From: a virus
Taxonomy: Duplodnaviria; Caudoviricetes
Virus record (IMG/VR): IMGVR_UViG_3300042691_031247
Reading direction: 5' to 3' (one strand)
DNA length: 64,000 nucleotides
Shown: positions 55,102 through 63,195 of the stretch, piece by piece
Layout of the letters: each line of letters starts with the position of its first letter
Numbering within the stretch: position 1 is the first letter of the stretch
The notes under the pieces: generated by a model
What the model saw: only the letters and a program-made list of their open reading frames with translations
Told to the model about the DNA's origin: nothing
Databases searched by the model: none
Program-made: the position numbers and the translations under genes

Positions 55102-55188
55102 ACCGACTTCCTTGACTTGTTAACGACGGCCACGTGTGTGTATGTGGCGTATCCTACTCGCGACCACAGAGTGTGTCCACGAGTTATG

Positions 55189-56223
55189 TCAAAGAATCTT
55201 GGCGGCGATCAGGCATCCGCGGGCAACAGCGTGCAGCGGATCTTTTGCGTGGCGAACTTCTTTCACCGGCAACGGAAAGCCATTCTCTTCAAGCTTCTTT
55301 GTGAACATTTCCACAAAGCCTTTGGCCCGCGTCGTACCGCCGGCTACAGATATCAAAATCGGTTCTTTGAATTTGGGCAGCGCCTTGTGGTCGCGCAGTG
55401 CGGCAGCGAGCTGCTTGGTCGTGTAATCAATCAGGCGCTCGTAGTACACGCTCACAGCAGCAAGAATCGCGTTGTCGCCGCCGCCCTCGCCGATAACAAA
55501 CGTGCCATGTTCTTTTTCAGCCTGAACGACCGAGTCGGGCTCGTTCGTCGCAACAGCCGTCATACGGTCGATCCAGTCGCCAGACTTTGTCGTCGAGAAC
55601 AGCACCGTAGGCTCGCCGTTGAGCATCACGCACACGTTCACCATGCCGGCGCCCCACGACAGGCCAATACCCGTATAGTCGTCGTGCTCTAACTCCGAGT
55701 AGCACAGTGCCTCGGCCTCGTTGATGGCGCGGGCGGCGTAGCCCTGTTCGGCCAGCACGGTGCGTACTACGTCTTCGTGGTACGCAACGTCAAAATCATC
55801 GTCTTCTTGGTCGACGGGCTGCGCCGGCACGCAGAAGATCAGCTTCTCGTGGGGCGTGTTAGCTGTGCCGACCACTTCTTTGAGAATGAACGCCAGCACG
55901 CGCTTGGCCTCTTTTTCCTTGGGGCTGACAACGCCGCGGTACATTGGGCGCTTGGCAGAATCATTGCGCTCGACGGCTTTCTCGATGGCGTCTTGGCCGA
56001 GAATGATAAAACTCCCGTCGGCGTCCTTGACGAACACTTTGCCCTGCAGGCCCTTTTCGATCATCTTTGTGGCCACGGGCGTCGTCGGCTTGATGACATA
56101 GAACGCGTCGCGAAAGTCTTTGTACTGCACGTTGCCGACCGTGTGCGGCTCGGTGGTGGAGTTGGCGGCGGCGTCTTGGGCCAGCACGATAAACGATGTT
56201 CCAACGTCGAGTCCCTTGGCCAT
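55189..56223 (-). CDS. actin-like ATPase (MreB/FtsA/ParM superfamily)
   Basis: Phosphate-1 GLDVGTS, connect INEAEAL, phosphate-2 GLSWGAGMVNV, adenosine VAGGT, and AVARGCL. Confidence 0.85.
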   Translation of the reverse strand: MAKGLDVGTSFIVLAQDAAANSTTEPHTVGNVQYKDFRDAFYVIKPTTPVATKMIEKGLQGKVFVKDADGSFIILGQDAIEKAVERNDSAKRPMYRGVVSPKEKEAKRVLAFILKEVVGTANTPHEKLIFCVPAQPVDQEDDDFDVAYHEDVVRTVLAEQGYAARAINEAEALCYSELEHDDYTGIGLSWGAGMVNVCVMLNGEPTVLFSTTKSGDWIDRMTAVATNEPDSVVQAEKEHGTFVIGEGGGDNAILAAVSVYYERLIDYTTKQLAAALRDHKALPKFKEPILISVAGGTTRAKGFVEMFTKKLEENGFPLPVKEVRHAKDPLHAVARGCLIAAKIL

Positions 56224-56225
56224 GA

Positions 56226-56342
56226 TTATTTGCCTTTCTTCTTGAGTTTCTTTTCCAACTGCTTGATGTACTTTGTTTGCTTATACAGCTTCTCGCACTG
56301 CTTTTTAACCTTTTTTTTCGTCCACTTGTCCCAAAAGCTCAT
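56226..56342 (-). CDS. 38-aa Lys-rich peptide (not in ORF track)
   Basis: MSFWDKWTKKKVKKQCEKLYKQTKYIKQLEKKLKKKGK; TGATG-coupled to the upstream gene and 2 nt from the actin start. Confidence 0.6.
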   Translation of the reverse strand: MSFWDKWTKKKVKKQCEKLYKQTKYIKQLEKKLKKKGK

Positions 56343-56704
56343 CACTTCCCCTTTAGCTGCGCGAGCTTGGACACGGACGAATTAATATCATCCTGTGTCT
56401 GCGTGGTTTTGCCAAGTTCGAGTTGTTGCGTTTTTTGCAACGTCTCGGTGTTAATTGCGCCCACGTATTTACCTGTGTCGATTTCAATCTTGCCTTTGCC
56501 GGGCGCGCTCTCTTTCATGGCTGCGCGCAGAGTATTTGTCGCGGGAAGTACGGATGTTGTCGGCGCGTATGTCGGCACAATACCGGCCATGCGCGCCACT
56601 AGCCAGTCCAGCCGGCCGATTGCGTAACCCAGCGCCACGCTTCCGGCGACAATTAACGCTACAACAGAGTACGGCAGAATTAGCATGTTTCCGGCTTGCG
56701 CCAT
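56342..56704 (-). CDS. membrane-anchored protein in the actin-like operon
   Basis: N-terminal TM (LILPYSVVALIVAGSVALGYAIG) and a polar cytoplasmic tail. Confidence 0.65.
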   Translation of the reverse strand: MAQAGNMLILPYSVVALIVAGSVALGYAIGRLDWLVARMAGIVPTYAPTTSVLPATNTLRAAMKESAPGKGKIEIDTGKYVGAINTETLQKTQQLELGKTTQTQDDINSSVSKLAQLKGK

Positions 56705-57384
56705 CCCCGGTGTGATTTGATGCGCCCGGCGTTCACGCTGCGCATATGGCAGGCGCTAAGTCCGTTGTGGCGACAGAAGTCTTTAAGATTGTGAATGATA
56801 ACTACGTCGCCGTCAGGATTGAGAAAGTTGTACGTCTTGGCATACTTCTCGCGAATGACGTTGCGGCCTCGTTCCCGCAGCTCTTGCATACGCTGTTCGG
56901 GTATCGCGTGCACGCCGGTTTTCATCTCCGCTGATTTCGTGCCGCCGATGCTGGCCCATTTTTGCCGTGTCTCTGCGTCCATGCCAGCAAACCCCGAGCC
57001 GTTGTCGTGCGAGCGCTGGTTGGCCAGTTTGCGCTGCGCGGGCGTGAGCAGGAACCGCCCGGCTGCGTTGCGATTTAAACAGACCTCTGGGCCCAAATGC
57101 TCGGTGTCGGCGTGCGCGGTTTTAATCAGAACTGTCTCTGCCTTGGATAGCTCCGTCGCGGCTTTCTTCGATTCGCGACGATAGTCCGCGCGCAAAATAA
57201 CTTTAATAGCGTCGGCCTGAAAGTCAGCATGCGTCGGGTCGTTGTACGTTGCAAACGTAACCGGCGAACCGAAGTACTGTTGGTCTTCTTCGGGGGCGCG
57301 GTCGGTAATGCGCGAGCCGTAGTAGAACTTATACCCCAGCGACGGGTACAGGATCACGTACAGGTAGTACCAGCGTTTGCGCAT
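56680..57384 (-). mobile_element. free-standing GIY-YIG-like homing endonuclease
   Basis: YYLYVI...KFYYGSR...YFGS N-terminal nuclease pattern (Seg-like); C-terminal NUMOD/HTH-like NPDG...NLKDFCRHNGL...SHRGW. Confidence 0.7.
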
Positions 57385-57385
57385 A

Positions 57386-57431
57386 CACTGAATCCATTCA
57401 GTGCTGGTTTTCAGCCAAATCCGTTTGGCTG
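57386..57431 (-). promoter_or_regulatory. tandem hairpins covering the endonuclease translation start region
   Basis: CAGCCAAA-CGGA-TTTGGCTG and CACTGAA-TGGA-TTCAGTG; the second ends 1 nt before the ATG. Confidence 0.6.
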
Positions 57432-57458
57432 CCGATAACTTACGTTACCGGGTTGCGG

Positions 57459-57671
57459 CTATTGTAACAATTTACGGATGAGAATCGGAACCGTTGTGTA
57501 TGTAATGACAGCCGCAAATAACCACAAAATAGAAAACACCACGCGGCGAATGCGCATGTTGGTGTGCCAGTAGCGCGCCCGGATTTCGTCCGGGTCGTGC
57601 AGCTGTAAACACCGCGCGTCATGCTCAATGCGCGCTTCAGGCGTCATCGGCGGGGCGGGTTCCCACGGCAT
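57459..57671 (-). CDS. small hypothetical membrane protein
   Basis: 70 aa with a C-terminal hydrophobic helix. Confidence 0.5.
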   Translation of the reverse strand: MPWEPAPPMTPEARIEHDARCLQLHDPDEIRARYWHTNMRIRRVVFSILWLFAAVITYTTVPILIRKLLQ

Positions 57672-57876
57672 GCTCTAACTCCTCGATACGGGCTTTTAAC
57701 AGCGCAACCTGCCGTTTGTGCTCGCTGTAACTCGTCGAGGCTTGGGTCGTCGTGGAGATAATCAAGGTGTTGAGCCGGTCGAGTTCATCCGCCGCTTCGT
57801 CGAGCACTTTTCGATTCACCAGCCCCGACATGGTGCGGAGCGCAAAACTCAATGGATGACGCATTTCTTCGCTCAT
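57637..57876 (-). CDS. hypothetical coiled-coil protein
   Basis: 79 aa; ATGA overlap with the dCMP deaminase stop. Confidence 0.55.
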   Translation of the reverse strand: MSEEMRHPLSFALRTMSGLVNRKVLDEAADELDRLNTLIISTTTQASTSYSEHKRQVALLKARIEELEHAVGTRPADDA

Positions 57877-58358
57877 ACTTCAATTTGCTTTCCGTCACGT
57901 AACACAAGAACGCCCAGTTTTTCTTCCAGCCGGCGATACACAACGCCCGCCTCGCGAAACATTTCGTCGCCGCGGTCGCAGCTCTCCTGCCACGAGCCGT
58001 GCGCCGGTGGATGCGCGAGCCCCACCACTTCGGTAATCCCGGCGCAGATGATGGCCCGCGCACAGTCGGCACAGGCAAACCACGGGCAGTACAGCGTGGC
58101 GCGCTTGGTCGGCAGCCCCTGTCGTGCCGCCGTATAAATAGCATTGCGCTCGGCGTGCTCGACATACATGTACTTCGTGGGTCGATCAAGTCGACCGGGC
58201 GCAATCACGACACCGCGTGGCAGTTGGTTCGCCGCCGAGACGACGATGCCTTGCTCTGTGACTAGCACGGCGCCGTTTTGTGTGTGCGGGTCGTCTGACT
58301 GTGTCTGCGCGACACGGGCGGCAATGCGTAAATAAAACGAATCAAGTTCTGGGTGCAT
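57873..58358 (-). CDS. dCMP deaminase family protein
   Basis: SDDPHTQNGAVLV, HAERNAI (zinc/Glu motif), PWFACADCARAIICAGI. Confidence 0.9.
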   Translation of the reverse strand: MHPELDSFYLRIAARVAQTQSDDPHTQNGAVLVTEQGIVVSAANQLPRGVVIAPGRLDRPTKYMYVEHAERNAIYTAARQGLPTKRATLYCPWFACADCARAIICAGITEVVGLAHPPAHGSWQESCDRGDEMFREAGVVYRRLEEKLGVLVLRDGKQIEV

Positions 58359-58618
58359 AGCTCAAAAACGCGGGCTGGATACTGGCAGCAGGACCGCTCG
58401 TGTCCCGCTTGTGCTCGTGTGACGTTGGGGCGAAGGAGGCGCTTGGAAACGTTTGAAACCCAGCAACCAGTATCCGGCACCACGGCTAACCAAGTGTGGT
58501 GCAAACGTCGGGAGGACAACCGACGTTTTGCGGCGTCACGTCCGGGCTGGCGCAGAACGGACGGGAGTGATCCGTTCGCAGCGCAGTCCGGCCACCATGC
58601 CGCAACTCTCCCGCATGT

Positions 58619-59161
58619 TCAACTCCGTGAATCAAGGGTGTTTAACTTCCGTGCCTGCCGCTTATCGACGTCAGCCAAAATGCGCTGAATATGCCGCGCA
58701 TCTTCGAAGCTATCCTGCAGCTGGTCTTCGTAGAACACTTCGAGATACGCCGCGGCAACTTTATCATCCAGCGATTTAAGCTGTTCAAGCCGCTTGGCAT
58801 ACGTTGTGACCACTTGGCGCTCCAACGTGTGCGCCTCGATTAAGATATCTTCGACGCGCGTATAGGCCGTGAACGGATGCCCGCCGGCGCAGGGTTGGAC
58901 GAAGTCAAAGCCGTACAGGCAGTCCAGAAACTGCTGCACGTGATTCAATTCACCCTTGGCTGCGTCGGTGAGGAATTCTTTGTACTCTTCGGCATGGAGG
59001 CCCGTGACAGCGCTCGCGTGATACAGATAGAACTGCAGGTGCGTCCATTCGTTCTGCAGGTCTTCGTTGATTAGCGTCACGAACTCAGCCAGCGTGTATT
59101 TCCCCGGTTCGCCTTCAGGGCCGGGTTCGCCGGGATGACTGGTCACTCCCTCGTCGGACAT
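58619..59161 (-). CDS. ferritin-like (bacterioferritin/Dps-type) protein
   Basis: Four-helix pattern NEDLQNEW...FYLYHA...ELNH...LERQVVTTY...EDARH. Confidence 0.75.
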   Translation of the reverse strand: MSDEGVTSHPGEPGPEGEPGKYTLAEFVTLINEDLQNEWTHLQFYLYHASAVTGLHAEEYKEFLTDAAKGELNHVQQFLDCLYGFDFVQPCAGGHPFTAYTRVEDILIEAHTLERQVVTTYAKRLEQLKSLDDKVAAAYLEVFYEDQLQDSFEDARHIQRILADVDKRQARKLNTLDSRS

Positions 59162-59688
59162 AGCAACTGCTCCTTCAGGTAAGCCGCAAGGCGTTGGGCC
59201 TGCGGTGTTTCTTCACGAATGATTTGTTCAAAGCAGACCGCGCCGTACTGCCGAAAGATCTGCACATTATTAACGAACCAGCCCATATGGTAACCAGCGC
59301 GCATAAAGTTGACCAGCTTCGTTGTCGCCTCTTCGTCATACACGTAGTTCTGGCAGCCGAACTTATGCACCCAGTATTCTTTGGGCTGGCAGTTAATGTG
59401 TCCGTGTCCGCCCTGTCCCGGAAGTGCTGCGCTGAAGATAATCGTCGGCGCAGTCTGCACTAACTTCTGCACAAACAGATCCGCGAGTTCCGGGTTAATA
59501 TGCTCGGCAACTTCGAGGCACAGGCAGATGTCGTAGGCGCCGGTGCACATCTCAAACTGCGGGTCAAACACGCTGAACTTGTCGTGCGGGCAGCGCGGAT
59601 CTGGGTCAATACCGTCGACGATAAAGCCAGCCGCGCGGAGGGCGTCGACATAGATTCCGGGGCCACAGCCGACATCAAGAATTTTCAT
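59143..59688 (-). CDS. class I SAM-dependent methyltransferase
   Basis: ILDVGCGPG motif I; YDICLCLEVAEHI; PGQGGHGHINCQPKEYW (glycan/small-molecule type). Confidence 0.85.
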   Translation of the reverse strand: MKILDVGCGPGIYVDALRAAGFIVDGIDPDPRCPHDKFSVFDPQFEMCTGAYDICLCLEVAEHINPELADLFVQKLVQTAPTIIFSAALPGQGGHGHINCQPKEYWVHKFGCQNYVYDEEATTKLVNFMRAGYHMGWFVNNVQIFRQYGAVCFEQIIREETPQAQRLAAYLKEQLLCPTRE

Positions 59689-60289
59689 TTACGTGCGTCT
59701 CCGCGAGCATGTGTAACCCGGCCAGATCAACGGGCGGCCGAAGCACCTTGGACACCGGCACGTTCCAGCAGTCCCACTTGTACTTCCAGCCGTTGTGGCT
59801 CGTGGGGTCAACCTCGCCTTTGCGGCCGAACGTGGCGATATCGAAAAAAGCCTTTTTAGGCATGAATCCCAGCAACCACGCGCGCTCGCAGTCTTTGTGG
59901 ATCCGCGCAAAACAATACCAGTCACAGAGCTGCCGGACATTCGCGTCGCAGACCGTGCAGTTGTAGAAGTCGCGCGGAACTTCGTCGTAGTTCTGCAGCT
60001 TAGTTTTGACGTCAATGCGCCCCAAGATCGCATCGCGCAGATCCCAGTGGTATATGTCGTCTCCAATCGACCGATCCCACTGTTGCGCGTAGAAGTCATG
60101 CACAACTTCTTCACCCAAGAGCCCCGTAAACACGCCATAGCCAGCGCGAATCGAGTCGTTTAGATGCGCGCGGCCGTACTTTTTTAGCAACCGCGCTTCC
60201 ATCTCGTCCACCCGCGCTAGTGCCCGCGCTAGCTGCTCGGATGTAATAAACACTTCAATAACATGCTGCGTGAATACAGCAGAAGTCAT
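59675..60289 (-). CDS. putative PD-(D/E)xK-fold nuclease
   Basis: Start reassigned to MTSAV (AAAGGA SD); GLLGEEVV...WDLRD...IDVKTK pattern. Confidence 0.5.
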   Translation of the reverse strand: MTSAVFTQHVIEVFITSEQLARALARVDEMEARLLKKYGRAHLNDSIRAGYGVFTGLLGEEVVHDFYAQQWDRSIGDDIYHWDLRDAILGRIDVKTKLQNYDEVPRDFYNCTVCDANVRQLCDWYCFARIHKDCERAWLLGFMPKKAFFDIATFGRKGEVDPTSHNGWKYKWDCWNVPVSKVLRPPVDLAGLHMLAETHVNENS

Positions 60290-60317
60290 ACGCGTCCTTT
60301 CACTTCGGGGTGGGCGA

Positions 60318-60346
60318 AGTGTAGCGCGTATATTCACAGCGTGCAA
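60318..60346 (-). promoter_or_regulatory. sigma70-like promoter
   Basis: TTGCAC-N17-TACACT upstream of the nuclease/methyltransferase/ferritin genes. Confidence 0.6.
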
Positions 60347-60350
60347 TACG

Positions 60351-61058
60351 TTACAGCTTTTTTAGAATCGCGCCGACGAGCGGATGACGCACGACGTCAC
60401 TGTGGGCAAACTGCACAGTATCAATGCCCGAGATTCCTTTAAGCTTCGCCACGACTTCGTTCATGGGTGGCGGCGAGATCGGTAAATCAGTCTGCTGCGG
60501 GTCGCCCGTCACGATGATCTTCGAGTTCTGCCCGAAGCGGGATAAAAATAACTTAAACTGCGTGTACGTCGCGTTCTGCGCCTCGTCGAATACGCAGATC
60601 GAGTCATTGAACGTCCGGCCGCGTAGATAACATAACGGCGCCAACACCACGGCCCGATTGACAAACTCCCGCTTGGGGCCGAACTTCCCTAAGAGCGTGT
60701 CCATGGTGTCGTACAGCGGCTGCATGTACGGATTGACCTTTTCGCCAAACGAGCCCGGGAGATAGCCGAGCTTTTCCCCGGCGTCGACGATCGGCCGGGT
60801 GAGCACGATCGAACCGGCACGCTTGGCCAGTATTTCATTGATCGCAAAGGCCATGGCCAGAAACGTCTTGCCCGAACCAGCAGAGCCGAGCAAGAACGTG
60901 ATGTCGTTATCGTGCAGCGTCTTCCACGCGCGCCGCTGAGTTTCCGTGCGCCATTCGATATCGCACGGCGTCAGTAATGCTTTGGCTTTTTCCTGCTGGT
61001 CATTGCGTTTCTTCTCTTTCTTCTCGGCGCGGCGCGAGGGCCGTGATTTGGGCGCCAT
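60351..61058 (-). CDS. phoH: PhoH-like ATPase
   Basis: GSAGSGKTFLA Walker A, LTRPIV, LGYLPGSFGEKVNPY, LRGRTF, DEAQN, GDPQQTDL. Confidence 0.95.
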   Translation of the reverse strand: MAPKSRPSRRAEKKEKKRNDQQEKAKALLTPCDIEWRTETQRRAWKTLHDNDITFLLGSAGSGKTFLAMAFAINEILAKRAGSIVLTRPIVDAGEKLGYLPGSFGEKVNPYMQPLYDTMDTLLGKFGPKREFVNRAVVLAPLCYLRGRTFNDSICVFDEAQNATYTQFKLFLSRFGQNSKIIVTGDPQQTDLPISPPPMNEVVAKLKGISGIDTVQFAHSDVVRHPLVGAILKKL

Positions 61059-61091
61059 AAAGAGAGCCCTCCGTGGTGTAAAACGAGTGTG

Positions 61092-63050
61092 TTAAAACGC
61101 GCTGCGGCTCCTGCGGTGTTGCGTGGGCTGGCCAGCGCCTTGTGCCGCCTGCGGCGCAAACGGCGAACGGAACTGCATCTGCATCTGCACGGGCGACTGC
61201 AGCTTCGGCTGGCCGGCACCGTAGTACGCAGCTGCGCCTACGGCCGGAAGCGCTAACGCCGAATGTCGTCCGGCAAGTTGACCCGCCTGACCGACAGCGC
61301 TTGTTGCCGCACCAGCAGCCGCGCCGGCTGTGCCCATCATATTGCCAACAGCGTTCAACGTCGGCCGGTTTGGCGCGGCGTTAATAAGGCGAGTGCTTTG
61401 CTGCGCCACAGTGTCACCCACAGCCGTAGCCGCTCGACCGGCGCCGCCTACCAGCCCACGCGCACCAGCAGCCAATCCGCGCGCGCCAGCAGCAAGCCCG
61501 CGCGCAGCGAGGCCGCCAAACGCCTGTAACGCGTTTGCGTTTTTGCTGGCGCACGCTGAGCCGGCAGCCGCAGCTAGCATTGGTAGTTTTTTCTTTACAA
61601 CCGGTTTTGGCGCCGACTTTGGCAGCGGTTGCTGAGCCTGAAACGGAACAGCAGCTGACTTTGCCGCCGACTGTTGACTGTTTGTGGCGTCCGTCGGAAC
61701 CGGACTTGTAGCCTCGCGCTGCTTGTCGTCGATTGGCTTGCTGTTGCCGCGCGAACTCGGTGGGCAGCTCATTTCAGTCTTGCCGCGGGGCGCACTGGAG
61801 ACAGCTTTCTTTTCTTTCTTGTCTGTCTTCTTCTTGCTACCGACCGGGCGGCACGAATCATTGCTGTACGGCTTTTTGCCCGGCACTGGCTCGTAGCCGG
61901 TCCAGCATCGGCCGGCTACCTTCATGCCAAACTCCAGTGCCGAGCCCTGCTTCACACCGGTCAGGCTAGCGTTCTGCAACTGCGGCATGAGCTGTTCAAT
62001 GATATTTTTATTGTGGGTCAAGAAGTCGTACATTTGTCGCCCCTGATCGCTAGACATATTAGGATCTCGGCCCATCAACATCGTGGTGCCGAACTCCGGG
62101 CTGAGCTGCCCGAGCGCATTAATTTGATCCATAGGGTTGCCGCCCTTGCCGCCGCCCATCATGCCGTAAAGAGCATTCGCGCCTTGGCCAACCATGCGGC
62201 GTGGGCCGTCGCCGAACATGCCGGCGCCAGCTGCGCCCAGACCAGCCGCGCCCAAGCCCAGCGCGCCCATCGCTCCGCCCATACCGTAGTTGCCGCGCCC
62301 ACCCATGAACGCGCCAGCTAACGCCAGCGGCACACCGGCGCCAATGGCATAGCGCGCTTCGGTCGGCATGCTGTTCCACATGCCCATCAGGCCGTCATTA
62401 TTCGGCTGCTTCGCGTTCGCGGGATTTAACGGATGGTTGGGGTCTTGTGCGGCGGCCTCAAACAAATTTGGCACCGCGTTATTTTCGCCGGCTCCGCCGC
62501 CGCCGACCATGCCTGTGGCGCGCCCAGCGCCGTACATCGCGCCGGCGCCTGTAGCCACGTTCAGCGGGTTAAGCTTGTCGCCGACCGGGCTCGTGCCGAA
62601 CACTTGCCCAGCCGCAGTCTGGACGGGGCGCACCACGCGGTCGCCGAGCTTGGCGCCGGTTGCCGCAGCAGCTTGGCCCGGCCCGTTCATCGCGTACCGC
62701 GCCGCGTCATCGGCATAGTTCAGACCATGGCGGACCGCGTCTTGCGAGACTTGGCCGACGCTGCCGACAAATTTTGCGCCCTGCGTCGCCTTGTTCGCGA
62801 TTGCTTGCCCGGCGCCGCTGATCCGATTCCCGACCGCGTCGTCCACTTTGTTAAAGCCTTTTGATACCGCCGAGCCAGTATTGGCGACCGTATCTTTGAC
62901 CGCTTTACGTGCAGCGACGGGAATCTGCCGCCGCACACCGGCCATGGCGCCCCGGACACTCTTTACCGCGCCGTCGGCCAGTCCGCGAAAATCCACCGCG
63001 GCTTCTTTGTCTGCGCCGCCAAGTTGTGTACCAAATTCATACGGAGTCAT
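61092..63050 (-). CDS. Gly/Ala-rich multidomain protein, putative internal virion polyprotein
   Basis: 652 aa; leader MTPYEFG...DKEAA; glycine zippers; CWTGYEPVPGKKPYSNDSC motif; RGLAAGA tandem repeats. Confidence 0.65.
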   Translation of the reverse strand: MTPYEFGTQLGGADKEAAVDFRGLADGAVKSVRGAMAGVRRQIPVAARKAVKDTVANTGSAVSKGFNKVDDAVGNRISGAGQAIANKATQGAKFVGSVGQVSQDAVRHGLNYADDAARYAMNGPGQAAAATGAKLGDRVVRPVQTAAGQVFGTSPVGDKLNPLNVATGAGAMYGAGRATGMVGGGGAGENNAVPNLFEAAAQDPNHPLNPANAKQPNNDGLMGMWNSMPTEARYAIGAGVPLALAGAFMGGRGNYGMGGAMGALGLGAAGLGAAGAGMFGDGPRRMVGQGANALYGMMGGGKGGNPMDQINALGQLSPEFGTTMLMGRDPNMSSDQGRQMYDFLTHNKNIIEQLMPQLQNASLTGVKQGSALEFGMKVAGRCWTGYEPVPGKKPYSNDSCRPVGSKKKTDKKEKKAVSSAPRGKTEMSCPPSSRGNSKPIDDKQREATSPVPTDATNSQQSAAKSAAVPFQAQQPLPKSAPKPVVKKKLPMLAAAAGSACASKNANALQAFGGLAARGLAAGARGLAAGARGLVGGAGRAATAVGDTVAQQSTRLINAAPNRPTLNAVGNMMGTAGAAAGAATSAVGQAGQLAGRHSALALPAVGAAAYYGAGQPKLQSPVQMQMQFRSPFAPQAAQGAGQPTQHRRSRSAF

Positions 63051-63195
63051 GGGGTCGTTCCTGTTTTGTTATTTCTGGTTGCGGCGCGTAATCGCACCGG
63101 CCGCCTTCGCAGCAGGTTTCTAAAATAATGTGACAAAAAGGGCAGACTAACTTGCCGCGGATCTCAATCGGCGGGCTTTCGCACTGCGGGCACAT
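63037..63195 (-). CDS. 52-aa Cys-rich zinc-ribbon protein (not in ORF track)
   Basis: MCPQCESPPIEIRGKLVCPFCHIILETCCEGGRCDY...; TAATG-coupled to the upstream gene. Confidence 0.65.
   Translation of the reverse strand: MCPQCESPPIEIRGKLVCPFCHIILETCCEGGRCDYAPQPEITKQERPHDSV

Noticed and set aside
56680-57384. Group I intron around the endonuclease
   Set aside because: No interrupted host gene or intron core elements (P7, J8/7) were seen on either side, so it appears free-standing.
59143-60289. Restriction-modification pair
   Set aside because: The methyltransferase lacks DNA-MTase catalytic motifs (DPPY/NPPY/PC) and looks like a glycan or small-molecule enzyme.
61441-61520. RGLAAGA 21-bp tandem repeat (also PPVDPAA and PEPT repeats elsewhere)
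   Set aside because: These are short low-complexity coding repeats typical of flexible linkers, with no independent significance evident.
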